In this document: one piece after another, positions 7,998 through 17,691 of the stretch
Position numbering within the stretch: the first letter of the stretch is position 1
How the letters are laid out: each line of letters opens with the position of its first letter
NCBI GenBank assembly: GCA_965552055.1
Contig: CBEVQO010000004.1
Coordinates: 1 to 64,000, forward strand
Origin: an uncultured bacterium
Lineage (GTDB): Bacteria; Hydrothermota; UBA3073; NMUJ01; CBEVQO01
Direction of reading: 5' to 3'
DNA: 64,000 nucleotides
The notes under the pieces: model-generated
What the model was told of the DNA's origin: nothing
The model's input: only the letters and a program-made list of their open reading frames with translations
Database searches by the model: none
Translations under genes and position numbers: made by a program

Positions 7998-10001
7998 ATG
8001 TCAATAGGACCTGTAAATTATGTTGGACTGGTAAGCGGTCTCGAATGGGATAAAATTATAGAAGCAATAATAGAACAGGAGAGGCGACCACTTGAGATAA
8101 TTCAGGAAGAAATATCTGAGTATCAGCAGAAACTATCAGCCTGGCAGGACATAAGAGATAAATTAAATAGTTTTTTAAGTTTCGTACGCACTATAAACGA
8201 ATTAAATGAATTACTTTTGAGAAAAGCCACGGTATCCGATGAGTCAATAATAAGAGCGAGTGCGAGTTCAGATGCAGAGCCGGGCTCCCATAAAGTTGTA
8301 GTCCATCAGCTTGCGAAATCTCATCAGGTGAAATCAAGAGGCTGGGCAGATACAGATACAACCGCGATAAACGGTACCTTCTTCAGAGTTTATGTTGGTG
8401 GCAATCTTGTTGCTGACATTACTGTTACATCAGATATGACATTGGCTGACCTCGTTAACGCAATAAATAATGCAACAGATGAAGTAAGGGCATCGATAAT
8501 CGATGATGGTACACCCACAAATCCCTATCACTTGCTTTTGACTTCTACGAATACAGGGGCATCAAATCAGATTTCAATAGATGAAGATACAGATTTGACA
8601 TTTGGAGATTTTGACCCTGATGGTCCCTGGGATTATTATGTGGAAGCTGCAGAATGGGATACATGGAATGGTACATCAACTCCTTCTTCAAATGAAGGTG
8701 CAGGTAATTACACAGGTACAACAGAGAAAACAATAAAATTTAAAATAGAAAGCGTAAATGGAGATACAACTGTTGGAACATCGGGAACCGTTGGAACCGA
8801 TACCATTGTCATAAAATGGTGGGACGGAGAAGGAAATTCCGGCACTATAACAATCGATAATACCTATGTTCCGGGTACTTTCATAAATGTTATAGATGGA
8901 GTGCAAACTGCATATTCTGCTGGTACACTCGTAGTTGGCGATATTTATTACATCGATACCCATATCTACGAAGTGCAGGCAGCTCAGGATGCTTCGGTCG
9001 AAATAGACGGGATGGGAATAGTAAGCGAAGATAACACAATAGAAGATGTGATACCAGGAGTGACAATTGAGTTGCTAAAAGCAGACCCTTCGACAGAGGT
9101 AATTTTAACAGTAGAAAATGACAAAGAAGCGGTTAAATCGAAAATTAAAGAATTTGTTAATAAGTATAACGAAGTGATAGCTACAATAAACACTTATGAT
9201 TATTATAATTCAGAAACAGAGACAGCAGGAATCCTTTTTGGTGATTCTACAACGCATTATGTAAAATTTGGACTCGCTGAAATAATAACAGAAGAGATAG
9301 CTCCTTTGCCTTCGGATTTTTCGTTGATGTCCCTTGCGGATATTGGGTTTGATTTGGGCACGAATGCATTGCTATCAATAGATGAAGATGAACTCGATGA
9401 AGCACTTGATGAACATTTTGATGAAGTGGTGCAACTATTTACTTTGAGCTGGGATACTACGAATCCAGCGGTGCAGTATTACGGTAAAACAAGGGATACG
9501 CCTTCAGGATACTATGAAGTTACAGGAACTTTTGATGCGTCCGGCAATTTAACTGATGCTACTATAAATTTTTATGACAAAGACCATAATCTTATAGGGA
9601 CTTACACAGTGGCAGCAGGTGACCTTCAAATCTCAAATGAACCTGCTGGTGGAGTAATAGTGGGTGTCAATCCCGATATCGAGGGAATAAGGATTTTGAT
9701 AAACGACCCTGATGGCAATGGAACAGAGCAAGGTGAAATAAGATTATCACTCGGTGCAGCATGCAAGGTGGAAAACGCAATAGATTACTGGACAGATGAA
9801 TATTCCACACCAAAAGGTATAATCCCTACAGTGATAGATTCTATTAACCAGCAGATAGATGAACTGGAAGATAGAGCAGAGCAATGGGAAAAAAGACTAT
9901 CAAATATGGAAGGTATGTATTATACCATTTTCTCAAAGATGGAAGAATTTATTTCAGCGATAGTACTTCAAGAACAAATGCTTGCAGGTTATACATTCTA
10001 A
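7998..10001 (+). CDS. fliD: Flagellar filament cap protein
   Basis: GLVSGLEWDKII N-terminus, VHQLAK, AQDASVEIDG, NTIEDVIPGVTIELL, IKEFVNKYN, C-terminal coiled coil FSKME. Confidence 0.88.
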   Translation: MSIGPVNYVGLVSGLEWDKIIEAIIEQERRPLEIIQEEISEYQQKLSAWQDIRDKLNSFLSFVRTINELNELLLRKATVSDESIIRASASSDAEPGSHKVVVHQLAKSHQVKSRGWADTDTTAINGTFFRVYVGGNLVADITVTSDMTLADLVNAINNATDEVRASIIDDGTPTNPYHLLLTSTNTGASNQISIDEDTDLTFGDFDPDGPWDYYVEAAEWDTWNGTSTPSSNEGAGNYTGTTEKTIKFKIESVNGDTTVGTSGTVGTDTIVIKWWDGEGNSGTITIDNTYVPGTFINVIDGVQTAYSAGTLVVGDIYYIDTHIYEVQAAQDASVEIDGMGIVSEDNTIEDVIPGVTIELLKADPSTEVILTVENDKEAVKSKIKEFVNKYNEVIATINTYDYYNSETETAGILFGDSTTHYVKFGLAEIITEEIAPLPSDFSLMSLADIGFDLGTNALLSIDEDELDEALDEHFDEVVQLFTLSWDTTNPAVQYYGKTRDTPSGYYEVTGTFDASGNLTDATINFYDKDHNLIGTYTVAAGDLQISNEPAGGVIVGVNPDIEGIRILINDPDGNGTEQGEIRLSLGAACKVENAIDYWTDEYSTPKGIIPTVIDSINQQIDELEDRAEQWEKRLSNMEGMYYTIFSKMEEFISAIVLQEQMLAGYTF

Positions 10002-10010
10002 GGAGGGGAT

Positions 10011-10385
10011 ATGAAAGAAGACATTTTATATAAAAAATTGGAGATAGAGACGGCATCTCCTGCGAAACTGGTTGAAATGACTTATGAACTCGCGATAAAA
10101 TTCGTAAGACAGGCGAAGAAATACTTCGAAGAAGGAGATATAACGAAAAGAAGTCAGTACATTGGTAAAGCGATAAGCGCAATAGCAGCTCTCAGAAGTT
10201 GCCTTGATATGGAAAAAGGAGAAGAAATAGCATCGGCACTCGATAAACTTTATGACTATATGATTTATGAACTTTCAGAGGCAAACATTCGACAAGAACC
10301 AAGAAGGTTGACAGTGGTACTTGATATACTTAAAAAATTGCTCGATGCTTGGAAAGAAGTAGAAAGAAAGGAAGAAAGAAAATAA
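10011..10385 (+). CDS. fliS: Flagellin export chaperone
   Basis: IETASPAKLVEM, LDMEKGEEIA..L..LYDYM, LLDAW. Confidence 0.9.
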   Translation: MKEDILYKKLEIETASPAKLVEMTYELAIKFVRQAKKYFEEGDITKRSQYIGKAISAIAALRSCLDMEKGEEIASALDKLYDYMIYELSEANIRQEPRRLTVVLDILKKLLDAWKEVERKEERK

Positions 10386-10784
10386 GTGGTCGAAAGATTT
10401 TCAATATCAATAGAAAAAGATTTATTTGAAGAATTCGAGAAATTCATAAAAGAAAGAGGTTTTGCAAACCGTTCCGAAGCGATTAGAGAATTAATAAGAG
10501 AAAAATTAGCAGAAGAAAAATGGCTCAAAGGTAAAGAATCTTTTGGAATTCTTGCTGTAATCTATGACCATACAAAAAGAGAATTGGAAGAAAGACTAAC
10601 AAGCTCTCAGCATCATCATTTGAAGAACATAATAGCAACCTTACACATACACCTTGATGAAAAAAATTGCCTTGAAATAATAACAATAAAAGGCAAACCA
10701 GAAGAGATAAAGAAAGTATCAAAAGAAATCACAGGCAAAAAGGGACTCAAAATCTCTAAATTCCTTCCCTTAACAGTACCCTGA
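10386..10784 (+). CDS. nikR: Nickel-responsive transcriptional regulator
   Basis: RFSISI ribbon, NRSEAIR helix, YDH, HIHLD..CLE Ni ligands. Confidence 0.92.
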   Translation: MVERFSISIEKDLFEEFEKFIKERGFANRSEAIRELIREKLAEEKWLKGKESFGILAVIYDHTKRELEERLTSSQHHHLKNIIATLHIHLDEKNCLEIITIKGKPEEIKKVSKEITGKKGLKISKFLPLTVP

Positions 10785-10802
10785 AATTAATCCAATAAAC
10801 AC

Positions 10803-10829
10803 TTGACAAATTAGTATTACGATTATAAT
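10803..10829 (+). promoter_or_regulatory. Putative promoter TTGACA-N15-TATAAT of the metal-uptake operon
   Basis: TTGACA 10803-10808, TATAAT 10824-10829. Confidence 0.7.
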
Positions 10830-10840
10830 ATTCGTAATAC
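10814..10840. promoter_or_regulatory. Putative NikR operator (GTATTACGA-N9-TCGTAATAC)
   Basis: Perfect 9-bp inverted repeat flanking the -10 box, directly downstream of nikR. Confidence 0.75.
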
Positions 10841-10851
10841 GGGAGGGTAGC

Positions 10852-12618
10852 ATGTTGTGGTTTTTCTTTCTGGTGGGGGTTGTGAAGGCGGAGACTCTAA
10901 AGGTTTACAAAGGTGAAAAGATTGTGGTGACTGCTACTCGTTCAAAGCAATGTGTGAAAGATGTGTCTGCTTCTGTGAGTGTGCTTACCGAAGATGAACT
11001 TAAATCCTTGGAAGTAAAATCGTGTACCGATGCTTTGTCCATTCTATCGGGAGTATTCATTCAGAAAACAGGTGATTTTGGCAGAGCAGATGTTGAAATA
11101 AGGGGGATAGGTTCGCGTGGAAGGCGGATAGGTGTTTTGATTGATGGTAGGCCAGAGAAAATGGCTTTATTTGGCTGTGCTGTAACCCACTATTTCCCGC
11201 TCATAAATGTAAAAAGAATCGAAGTAGTAAGGGGTGCTTTTTCAAATCTATATGGGTCTGATGCACTCGGAGGCGTTATAAACATAATAACAAAAACTCC
11301 CGAAAATAAATTTGAAGGCAACTTATCTCTCAAATACGGCTCTTACAACACAAAAGAATTTTTGTTTGAAACAGGTTCGCTTTATAAAAATCTATTTTAT
11401 TACCTGACAATTGATAGAAGAAAATCAGATGGACATTTACCAAGTACAGCTTATGATGGAAAAGATTACGAATTAAAAGTAGGATGCAGATTACCAAAAT
11501 TGAATTTAACATTTTCTACAAAATATTTTGACGGATATAAAGAAGAGCCAGACACATCTTGGACAGATTATGAAAGAGGAGCGTATGACTTTACTTTAAA
11601 ATATTTGTATAAAGGCGAACATTCTTTAAAATTTTACAGAACTTATGGTGAACATTTATTTTCAGATGGCTGGCATTCAAAAGATAAAACAGATGGCATA
11701 ATTTATAATTCTGTCTTAAAAATCTTTAAAGGAAATGAAATTTTAATAGGCGCAGAATACAAGACACCATGGGGCGAAAGATTAACAGAAGATGGCGATA
11801 GTGTATTGGGGGAATGGGATAGAAATAGTTACGCTTTCTATACTCATATAAATCAAAAATTTCCTCGCTTTATAATATCCGCAGGTATAAGATATGATGT
11901 TGATAATATATGTGGAAGTTTCTTAAGTCCGCGTGTAGGGATAGTGGCAAAAGTATTTCCCGATTTACTTCTGCGTGCATCGGCGGGAAAAGGCTTTAGA
12001 TATCCGCAACTAAACGAACTCTACATGTTTCCACCATCAGATTCCACATTAAAACCCGAAAAAGCAACAAATTACGAAGCAGGTATAAATTACACCTATA
12101 AATTCTTAAACTTTGATATAGTTTATTATTTGATAAAAGGCGAAGAATTAATTGAGTTAAGTAGAAATCCTTCACCACCACCTTTATATAAATTCACAAA
12201 TACAGGTAAATTTGAATTCAAAGGTATAGAATTAAACATAATGGCAGATTTTGATGATGTAAAAGGAAGAATATCCTACACCTATTTAGACCCCGGAATT
12301 CACACAAAAGGTAGAGCGAAGCACAAACTCGATTTTCTTTTCCTTTATAAATATAAACCTGTAATAGCCTCCATAAATGCTCAGTATGTAAAAGATTATT
12401 ATGCTGAAGACAGTTTAAAATCAGAGATTGGCGACTATCTTGTTGTAAATTCGAAAGTGAATTTTGATATACACAGATTTGTGGGAATTTTCTTCGCTAT
12501 CAATAACATTTTTGATGAGAAATACGAAATTTATGTTGATTTACCCGGAGGAAAAGCAGGTCTATATGAAATGCCCGGAAGAAGGTTCACAATAGGTGTA
12601 AATGTGAAGTATAGATGA
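10852..12618 (+). CDS. TonB-dependent receptor (probable Ni/Co uptake)
   Basis: IVVTATR TonB box, IEVVRG..S.LYGSDALGGVINIITK plug, NNIFD...PGRRF C-terminus. Confidence 0.9.
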   Translation: MLWFFFLVGVVKAETLKVYKGEKIVVTATRSKQCVKDVSASVSVLTEDELKSLEVKSCTDALSILSGVFIQKTGDFGRADVEIRGIGSRGRRIGVLIDGRPEKMALFGCAVTHYFPLINVKRIEVVRGAFSNLYGSDALGGVINIITKTPENKFEGNLSLKYGSYNTKEFLFETGSLYKNLFYYLTIDRRKSDGHLPSTAYDGKDYELKVGCRLPKLNLTFSTKYFDGYKEEPDTSWTDYERGAYDFTLKYLYKGEHSLKFYRTYGEHLFSDGWHSKDKTDGIIYNSVLKIFKGNEILIGAEYKTPWGERLTEDGDSVLGEWDRNSYAFYTHINQKFPRFIISAGIRYDVDNICGSFLSPRVGIVAKVFPDLLLRASAGKGFRYPQLNELYMFPPSDSTLKPEKATNYEAGINYTYKFLNFDIVYYLIKGEELIELSRNPSPPPLYKFTNTGKFEFKGIELNIMADFDDVKGRISYTYLDPGIHTKGRAKHKLDFLFLYKYKPVIASINAQYVKDYYAEDSLKSEIGDYLVVNSKVNFDIHRFVGIFFAINNIFDEKYEIYVDLPGGKAGLYEMPGRRFTIGVNVKYR

Positions 12619-13316
12619 TTAATGTCATAATAATATCTCTAAAAATTGTTGTGTCTACTTCGATATTGAAAAGTATAGTGCAGGGTGTTTTACCCACAGC
12701 CCAAGTTTTTTGCCTTACTCCACCTGGTATGTGTCCCGGACATTTCGATCTAAAGCCCGAGGGTGTGAAAAAGATAGAAAAAGCAGATTTGATAATCTAT
12801 CAGGGATGGGAAAAATGGATTGAGAAAATAGAAAAAAAGAAGATAAAACTCGGAATAATGGAAAACCTAATGATACCTGATAATCATAAAAAAGCAGTGT
12901 TAAGATTTGCAAAAATAATAGATTCACTTTATCCTAATGAAAAATTGGAGACAGAAAGTTATTGCAGGAAGATCGATTCAGTAAAAGCTGTGATACTTGA
13001 AAAGGCAAAGGTTTTAAGAGATAAGAAAGTGATTTGCAATATTTATCAAAAGGGTTTTTTAGAATGGCTGGGTATGAAAGTTATAGCGGTTTATCCTCGA
13101 GAAGAAGATTTGAATCCTAAGATGATATCTCATATAATAGAAATTGCGAGAAAAGAAAAGCCAGATTTAATAGTAGATAATTTACAATCGGGAGAAACAG
13201 GCAGAGTTTTTGAGAAGGAGTTGGGAATAAAAAGAGTAGTACTGTCAAATTTCCCTCTTAACTCTTATTTTGAAACTTTACAAAAAAACATTCAAATCTT
13301 AATAAATGCTGATTGA
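12615..13316 (+). CDS. Metal ABC transporter substrate-binding protein (ZnuA/TroA-like)
   Basis: IVVSTSIL, PPGMCPGHFDLKP, ADLIIY; operon context. Confidence 0.75.
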   Translation: MINVIIISLKIVVSTSILKSIVQGVLPTAQVFCLTPPGMCPGHFDLKPEGVKKIEKADLIIYQGWEKWIEKIEKKKIKLGIMENLMIPDNHKKAVLRFAKIIDSLYPNEKLETESYCRKIDSVKAVILEKAKVLRDKKVICNIYQKGFLEWLGMKVIAVYPREEDLNPKMISHIIEIARKEKPDLIVDNLQSGETGRVFEKELGIKRVVLSNFPLNSYFETLQKNIQILINAD

Positions 13317-13953
13317 GATAAAAAATTGTTTTTCTTTAATTCTTAAAGATGTGAATTTAAGTATAAAAGAAGGTGAATTTGTAGCACTTACTGGGCCGAA
13401 TGGTGCAGGTAAAACAACGCTTTTGCATTTGATAACAGGACTTATAAAGCCTCAAAAAGGGGAAATAATTGTAAATACAAGGAAAATAGGTTATGTGCCA
13501 CAGAGAACATATATTGATAAGAGAACTCCTGTGAAGGTAAAAGATTTAGTCTTCATGGCTCTGCTTTCTTCAAAAAGATTTTCCTTCCAGATAAGCAAAA
13601 ACGAGATTGAAAATTGTGAATCTATGATGAAGAAATTAGGAATATATGAATTGCGGGAAAGAGCGATAGGAACATTATCGGGTGGTGAACAGCAAAAAGC
13701 TCTTCTTTGCCATGCATTATGCCGTGAACCACAGCTTTTGTTGCTTGATGAACCCTTTGTAAATCTCGATATAACATCACAAAAAGAATTTTTAAGACTG
13801 ATAGAAAAGGTCTATAAAGAGAAAAACTTAACCATAATTCTGGTAACTCATTTATTTCATTTAATTCCCAGAAGTTGTAAAAGAGTTATTTTGCTTGATA
13901 AGGGAAAGGTACTATTTGATGGAGAAAGAGATGTTTTCTTTTCTACATTATAG
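13306..13953 (+). CDS. Metal ABC transporter ATP-binding protein
   Basis: GPNGAGKT, IGYVPQ, LSGGEQQ, LLLLDEP, VTH. Confidence 0.9.
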   Translation: MLIEIKNCFSLILKDVNLSIKEGEFVALTGPNGAGKTTLLHLITGLIKPQKGEIIVNTRKIGYVPQRTYIDKRTPVKVKDLVFMALLSSKRFSFQISKNEIENCESMMKKLGIYELRERAIGTLSGGEQQKALLCHALCREPQLLLLDEPFVNLDITSQKEFLRLIEKVYKEKNLTIILVTHLFHLIPRSCKRVILLDKGKVLFDGERDVFFSTL

Positions 13954-14725
13954 TTTCATGAAAAATGCAATTTTGAGTGCCATTTTTGGTGGTGCTTTAT
14001 GTGGTTTAGTAGGAGTTTTTGTTATTTTGTTGCGCATCCCTTTTATTGGAGTTAGTATGGCGCATTCAGCGCTTGCAGGTGCGGTTTTTGGGGTTCTTTT
14101 TGGCGTTAATCCTCTTTTACTTTCTATAATTTTTTGCATAATTTCTGCGATTTTGATAGGCCCTTTATCTGAGAAAGGAAAATTTGACCCTAATTTATCC
14201 ATTGGGGTGATTTTTTCTATTGTTTTGGGTATTGCTTTTATCGGTATAGGATTGATAAAAGGTCCACGCACAGAGGCTTTAAATCTTCTGTGGGGAAATA
14301 TTTTGTTGGTTACAAAGAAGGATATAATTTTTCTAATCATAATGCTTCTTATTTTTGTTTTGTTTTTGGCTTTGAAATTCCGTCACTTGCAATTTGTTTT
14401 GTTCAACCGCGAACTTGCACAGGTACACGGTTTACCTGTAAAACCTTTGTTTTACGCGATGCTTATAATCACTGGAATTGCAGTTAGTCTAAATTTGAAT
14501 ACGATTGGAGGTTTACTTGTCTTTAGTCTTATTATAAATCCTCCTCTATCTGCCTACCATTTGACTACTGACTTTAAGAAATTGTTTTTATTATCAACAG
14601 GCTTTGGGATTTTATCTGCGCTTGTAGGCTTATTTTTATCATACTATCTTAATTTACCGTCAGGAGCCACAATAGTTCTTACTTCGTCTTTTATTTTGGG
14701 ATTATGTAGTTTTGCAAAATCTTAA
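13931..14725 (+). CDS. Metal ABC transporter permease (ABC-3/ZnuB family)
   Basis: MAHSALAG, LWGNIL, FNRELA, NLPSGATIV; GGAG SD before ATG 13931. Confidence 0.88.
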   Translation: MFSFLHYSFMKNAILSAIFGGALCGLVGVFVILLRIPFIGVSMAHSALAGAVFGVLFGVNPLLLSIIFCIISAILIGPLSEKGKFDPNLSIGVIFSIVLGIAFIGIGLIKGPRTEALNLLWGNILLVTKKDIIFLIIMLLIFVLFLALKFRHLQFVLFNRELAQVHGLPVKPLFYAMLIITGIAVSLNLNTIGGLLVFSLIINPPLSAYHLTTDFKKLFLLSTGFGILSALVGLFLSYYLNLPSGATIVLTSSFILGLCSFAKS

Positions 14726-16387
14726 AATTGTCCATTCCAATAGTAATAAAGAAAGGAGAAGGATAAGAATCCATCTTTTTTCGAAAAATTCCAGTTTTTT
14801 CTTTATTTTTGTTTCTTTCAATCTGAATTTTATTTCGCTTTCTGAGTATTCTCCACCTGTAATTTTTGCTATTTTTTGCAAAAGAGGGCGATTTATCCCT
14901 GCGGGTTCTTCTTTGCGGGGTTCCTTTACCCAGAATTCTCCTTCGTAAGTACCATCTTCTGTTGTAATTTTAAAATGTTTCTTTCCGTAATTTTCAGGGG
15001 TATAAGAAAATACAAAGTTTTCTCCCGATTTTACCATCCTGTACCTTTTTCCGTCTATTTCTATAAATGCTTTTTGGGCTAATGTCCGGACAATTAGGGT
15101 AAATTCTTCACCCGGATTTATCTCTTTGGGGTAAAAGCAAAGCAGTTTTTTCTTTTCTTTTAACACTTCTTTTATTATGAAATTTGAAATTAATTTGAAG
15201 GGAAATTCAAGTTTCCATGCCTCTTCTGTTGAGATGTGAAATATTTCCTTATCTTTGTATTTGTAAGATGCGATGAGTGGAAGTTCACCAAACACTTTTT
15301 TAATTCCTTTTATTCTTGCATAAACTTTTGTCATTGGTTTTAAAAATTGAATATCTTCTGCTGTATTTATTTCTATTTCTTTTCCCATGAATTCACATTT
15401 TAGGTTTCCTTCGATTTTTTTATCAGAAAACACAAAGGGCGATAAACTCCTATTGCATTTTCCGATAAATAAAAATTTCTGTGCCAATTTTAAAATATTA
15501 GCATCTATATCTTTTCTATCACAGATTAATAAGTCGTAATCTTTTGAAGTTATTTTTTGAAAAATTTTTTCTCTGGATAGTTTAACTTTATAGTCGAATT
15601 TTATGCCTCTTTCTTTTTCAAGGTTAATTTTCAAAAATTTGAAATTCCAGGAAGGTTTATCTGCTATGAAGAGAATTTTTCGAGGTTCTTTAACTTTTAA
15701 TAATCTTATCGCTGTTACTTTTTCTTTTCCATAATCAGCTGTTATTTTTACTTTTTTGAGACCCACAGATGAAAAAGATAAATCAAATTTTTCTTCTTTT
15801 TCTTCATAGGGTTTTAATTCGAGTTTTTTTTCTTTTATTTTTTTATCATTTATGAAAAGAATTAAATTTAATTTTATTGGAGATTTTTCTTTATTTTTTA
15901 AAAATACTGAGATTTTTGCTTTTTCGTCTGCAAATAGCTCTTCGGGAGCTATGATTTTTGACAATTCTATCTTTTGTGGTGTTTTTCCAATAGCCAGTAC
16001 GGATACGGGGATATTCAGTTTTCTGCAAACTTTAAGTGGATTTTCGCCTGTGTTGAAAAAACCATCGGTTATAAGAAGGATGCCCTGAGAATCATGTGCA
16101 AAAAGCAATGCAGAGGAAATATCGGTATGTTTATCTTCGCACTTAACTTCTTTAAATTCTCGCACTTTATCACCAAATGCAACAATTTCAAAATTTATGT
16201 CCAGATTTTTGATTTTTTTGATAATTTTTTTTAAATCTTGTTCAACAGGTTTTAAACTTTTCGATAAATCTATTAAAATTTTAAATTTGCTTTCTTTTCT
16301 GGATTTTAGTGTAATTTCGGGAGCAAAGAGAGAAAATATTAAAAAGGCGATTATGGAAAAGTGAATTATGTTTGCCAATCTTTTCAA
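14702..16387 (-). CDS. Membrane protein with VWA-like and CARDB/Ig-like domains
   Basis: LIDLSKS, TDISSAL, LLITDG..N.G VWA-like motifs; C-terminal LLLLEWTILR TM. Confidence 0.6.
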   Translation of the reverse strand: MKRLANIIHFSIIAFLIFSLFAPEITLKSRKESKFKILIDLSKSLKPVEQDLKKIIKKIKNLDINFEIVAFGDKVREFKEVKCEDKHTDISSALLFAHDSQGILLITDGFFNTGENPLKVCRKLNIPVSVLAIGKTPQKIELSKIIAPEELFADEKAKISVFLKNKEKSPIKLNLILFINDKKIKEKKLELKPYEEKEEKFDLSFSSVGLKKVKITADYGKEKVTAIRLLKVKEPRKILFIADKPSWNFKFLKINLEKERGIKFDYKVKLSREKIFQKITSKDYDLLICDRKDIDANILKLAQKFLFIGKCNRSLSPFVFSDKKIEGNLKCEFMGKEIEINTAEDIQFLKPMTKVYARIKGIKKVFGELPLIASYKYKDKEIFHISTEEAWKLEFPFKLISNFIIKEVLKEKKKLLCFYPKEINPGEEFTLIVRTLAQKAFIEIDGKRYRMVKSGENFVFSYTPENYGKKHFKITTEDGTYEGEFWVKEPRKEEPAGINRPLLQKIAKITGGEYSESEIKFRLKETKIKKKLEFFEKRWILILLLSLLLLEWTILRFCKTT

Positions 16388-17691
16388 ATTTTACCTATCT
16401 TTTTAAGGTCTACACCGATTACTGAATAGACTTTTTGAAGCTCAGATTTACCTTTAATTTTAACGCCTACAATTTCTTTGACCATTATTTTATCTTTGAC
16501 TTCTTTATAGACAGCTTCTGAAATTATTATTTTTTCGCCGAGATCATTTGCAAGACTCTGCAATCTTTGAGCAAAGTTAACAGTATCTCCTATAACGGTA
16601 TAATCCGTTCTTTCTTCCGAGCCTATATTACCGACGACAGCTTCTCCTGTGTTTATGCCTATTCCTATTTTGATTTCTTTCTTTTTTAATTTTTGCTGTA
16701 TCTCAAATGCTGTTAAAATTGCTCTTAAAGATGCATCTTTTTGAGGAATAGGAGCTCCAAAAACCGCCATTACACAATCGCCTATGAACTTATCAAGAGT
16801 GCCATTGTATTTAAAAATTATCTTTGTCATAATTGAGAAATATTCATTTAAGATTTTTACTACTGTTTCTGGTGGCAATTTTTCTGACATTGAAGTAAAA
16901 CCTTTAATATCTGCAAACATAACAGCTACTTTTTGTCTTCTTCCTTCTGTAATGCCCCTTTGCAGTTCTTCGGATTTTAAAATTTCTTCGGCTACTTGTG
17001 GTGATAAATATCTTCTCATTGCCGATTTTATTGCAGCTTTTTCCTTTAAACTCTCTGCCATTTCGTTGAATGCTTTCATTAACACTGCTATTTCATCGCG
17101 TGTTTTCGGAGTAAGTTTTACATTGAAGTCGCCCATTGCTATTCTGTATGCTCCTTTGACCAATTCATTTACAGGTTGTGTTATAAGATTTGAAAAAATT
17201 ATTCCAAAGATAACCGAAAAGATAAGAACCGCTCCAATGGAAGAGCCTATAACTAACAAAGTTCTTTTGATTGTTTTTTCTATTCTTTCGAGTGATAACC
17301 AGAGGTGTACTTCGCCTATTTTCTCACCGCCAACTACAACATCTGCTTTTATGTCTTTTATATCTGGGGAAGAAGGAGGAGAATAATCTTTTTGCCATTC
17401 TCCCATTACGCTTGAGGCAATTATTTTTCCTGATTTTTCAACAATTTTTACTGCGGATACATCTGGATTTTTACTGACACTAACTGCTAAATCTCCCAGA
17501 GTTACCTCATCTTCCATTAATAATGCTCTTCTTCCTGTTTGTGCAAGATAATTACAGAGAATTTGACCTCTCATCAACATCTCCTGAAGTATTGTTTCTC
17601 TAAAAGTAGTCAGTAAAAAATAAGAAGAAACGCTTCCTATTGCAAGACATATAAAAATCAGTGCCAGTAATATTTTACTTCTGAGTTTCAT
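16384..17691 (-). CDS. Class III adenylate cyclase with 2 TM helices and HAMP
   Basis: FADIKGFT, DKFIGD, GINTG, YTVIGDTVNFAQR; HAMP DEIAVLMKAFNEM. Confidence 0.9.
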   Translation of the reverse strand: MKLRSKILLALIFICLAIGSVSSYFLLTTFRETILQEMLMRGQILCNYLAQTGRRALLMEDEVTLGDLAVSVSKNPDVSAVKIVEKSGKIIASSVMGEWQKDYSPPSSPDIKDIKADVVVGGEKIGEVHLWLSLERIEKTIKRTLLVIGSSIGAVLIFSVIFGIIFSNLITQPVNELVKGAYRIAMGDFNVKLTPKTRDEIAVLMKAFNEMAESLKEKAAIKSAMRRYLSPQVAEEILKSEELQRGITEGRRQKVAVMFADIKGFTSMSEKLPPETVVKILNEYFSIMTKIIFKYNGTLDKFIGDCVMAVFGAPIPQKDASLRAILTAFEIQQKLKKKEIKIGIGINTGEAVVGNIGSEERTDYTVIGDTVNFAQRLQSLANDLGEKIIISEAVYKEVKDKIMVKEIVGVKIKGKSELQKVYSVIGVDLKKIGKI

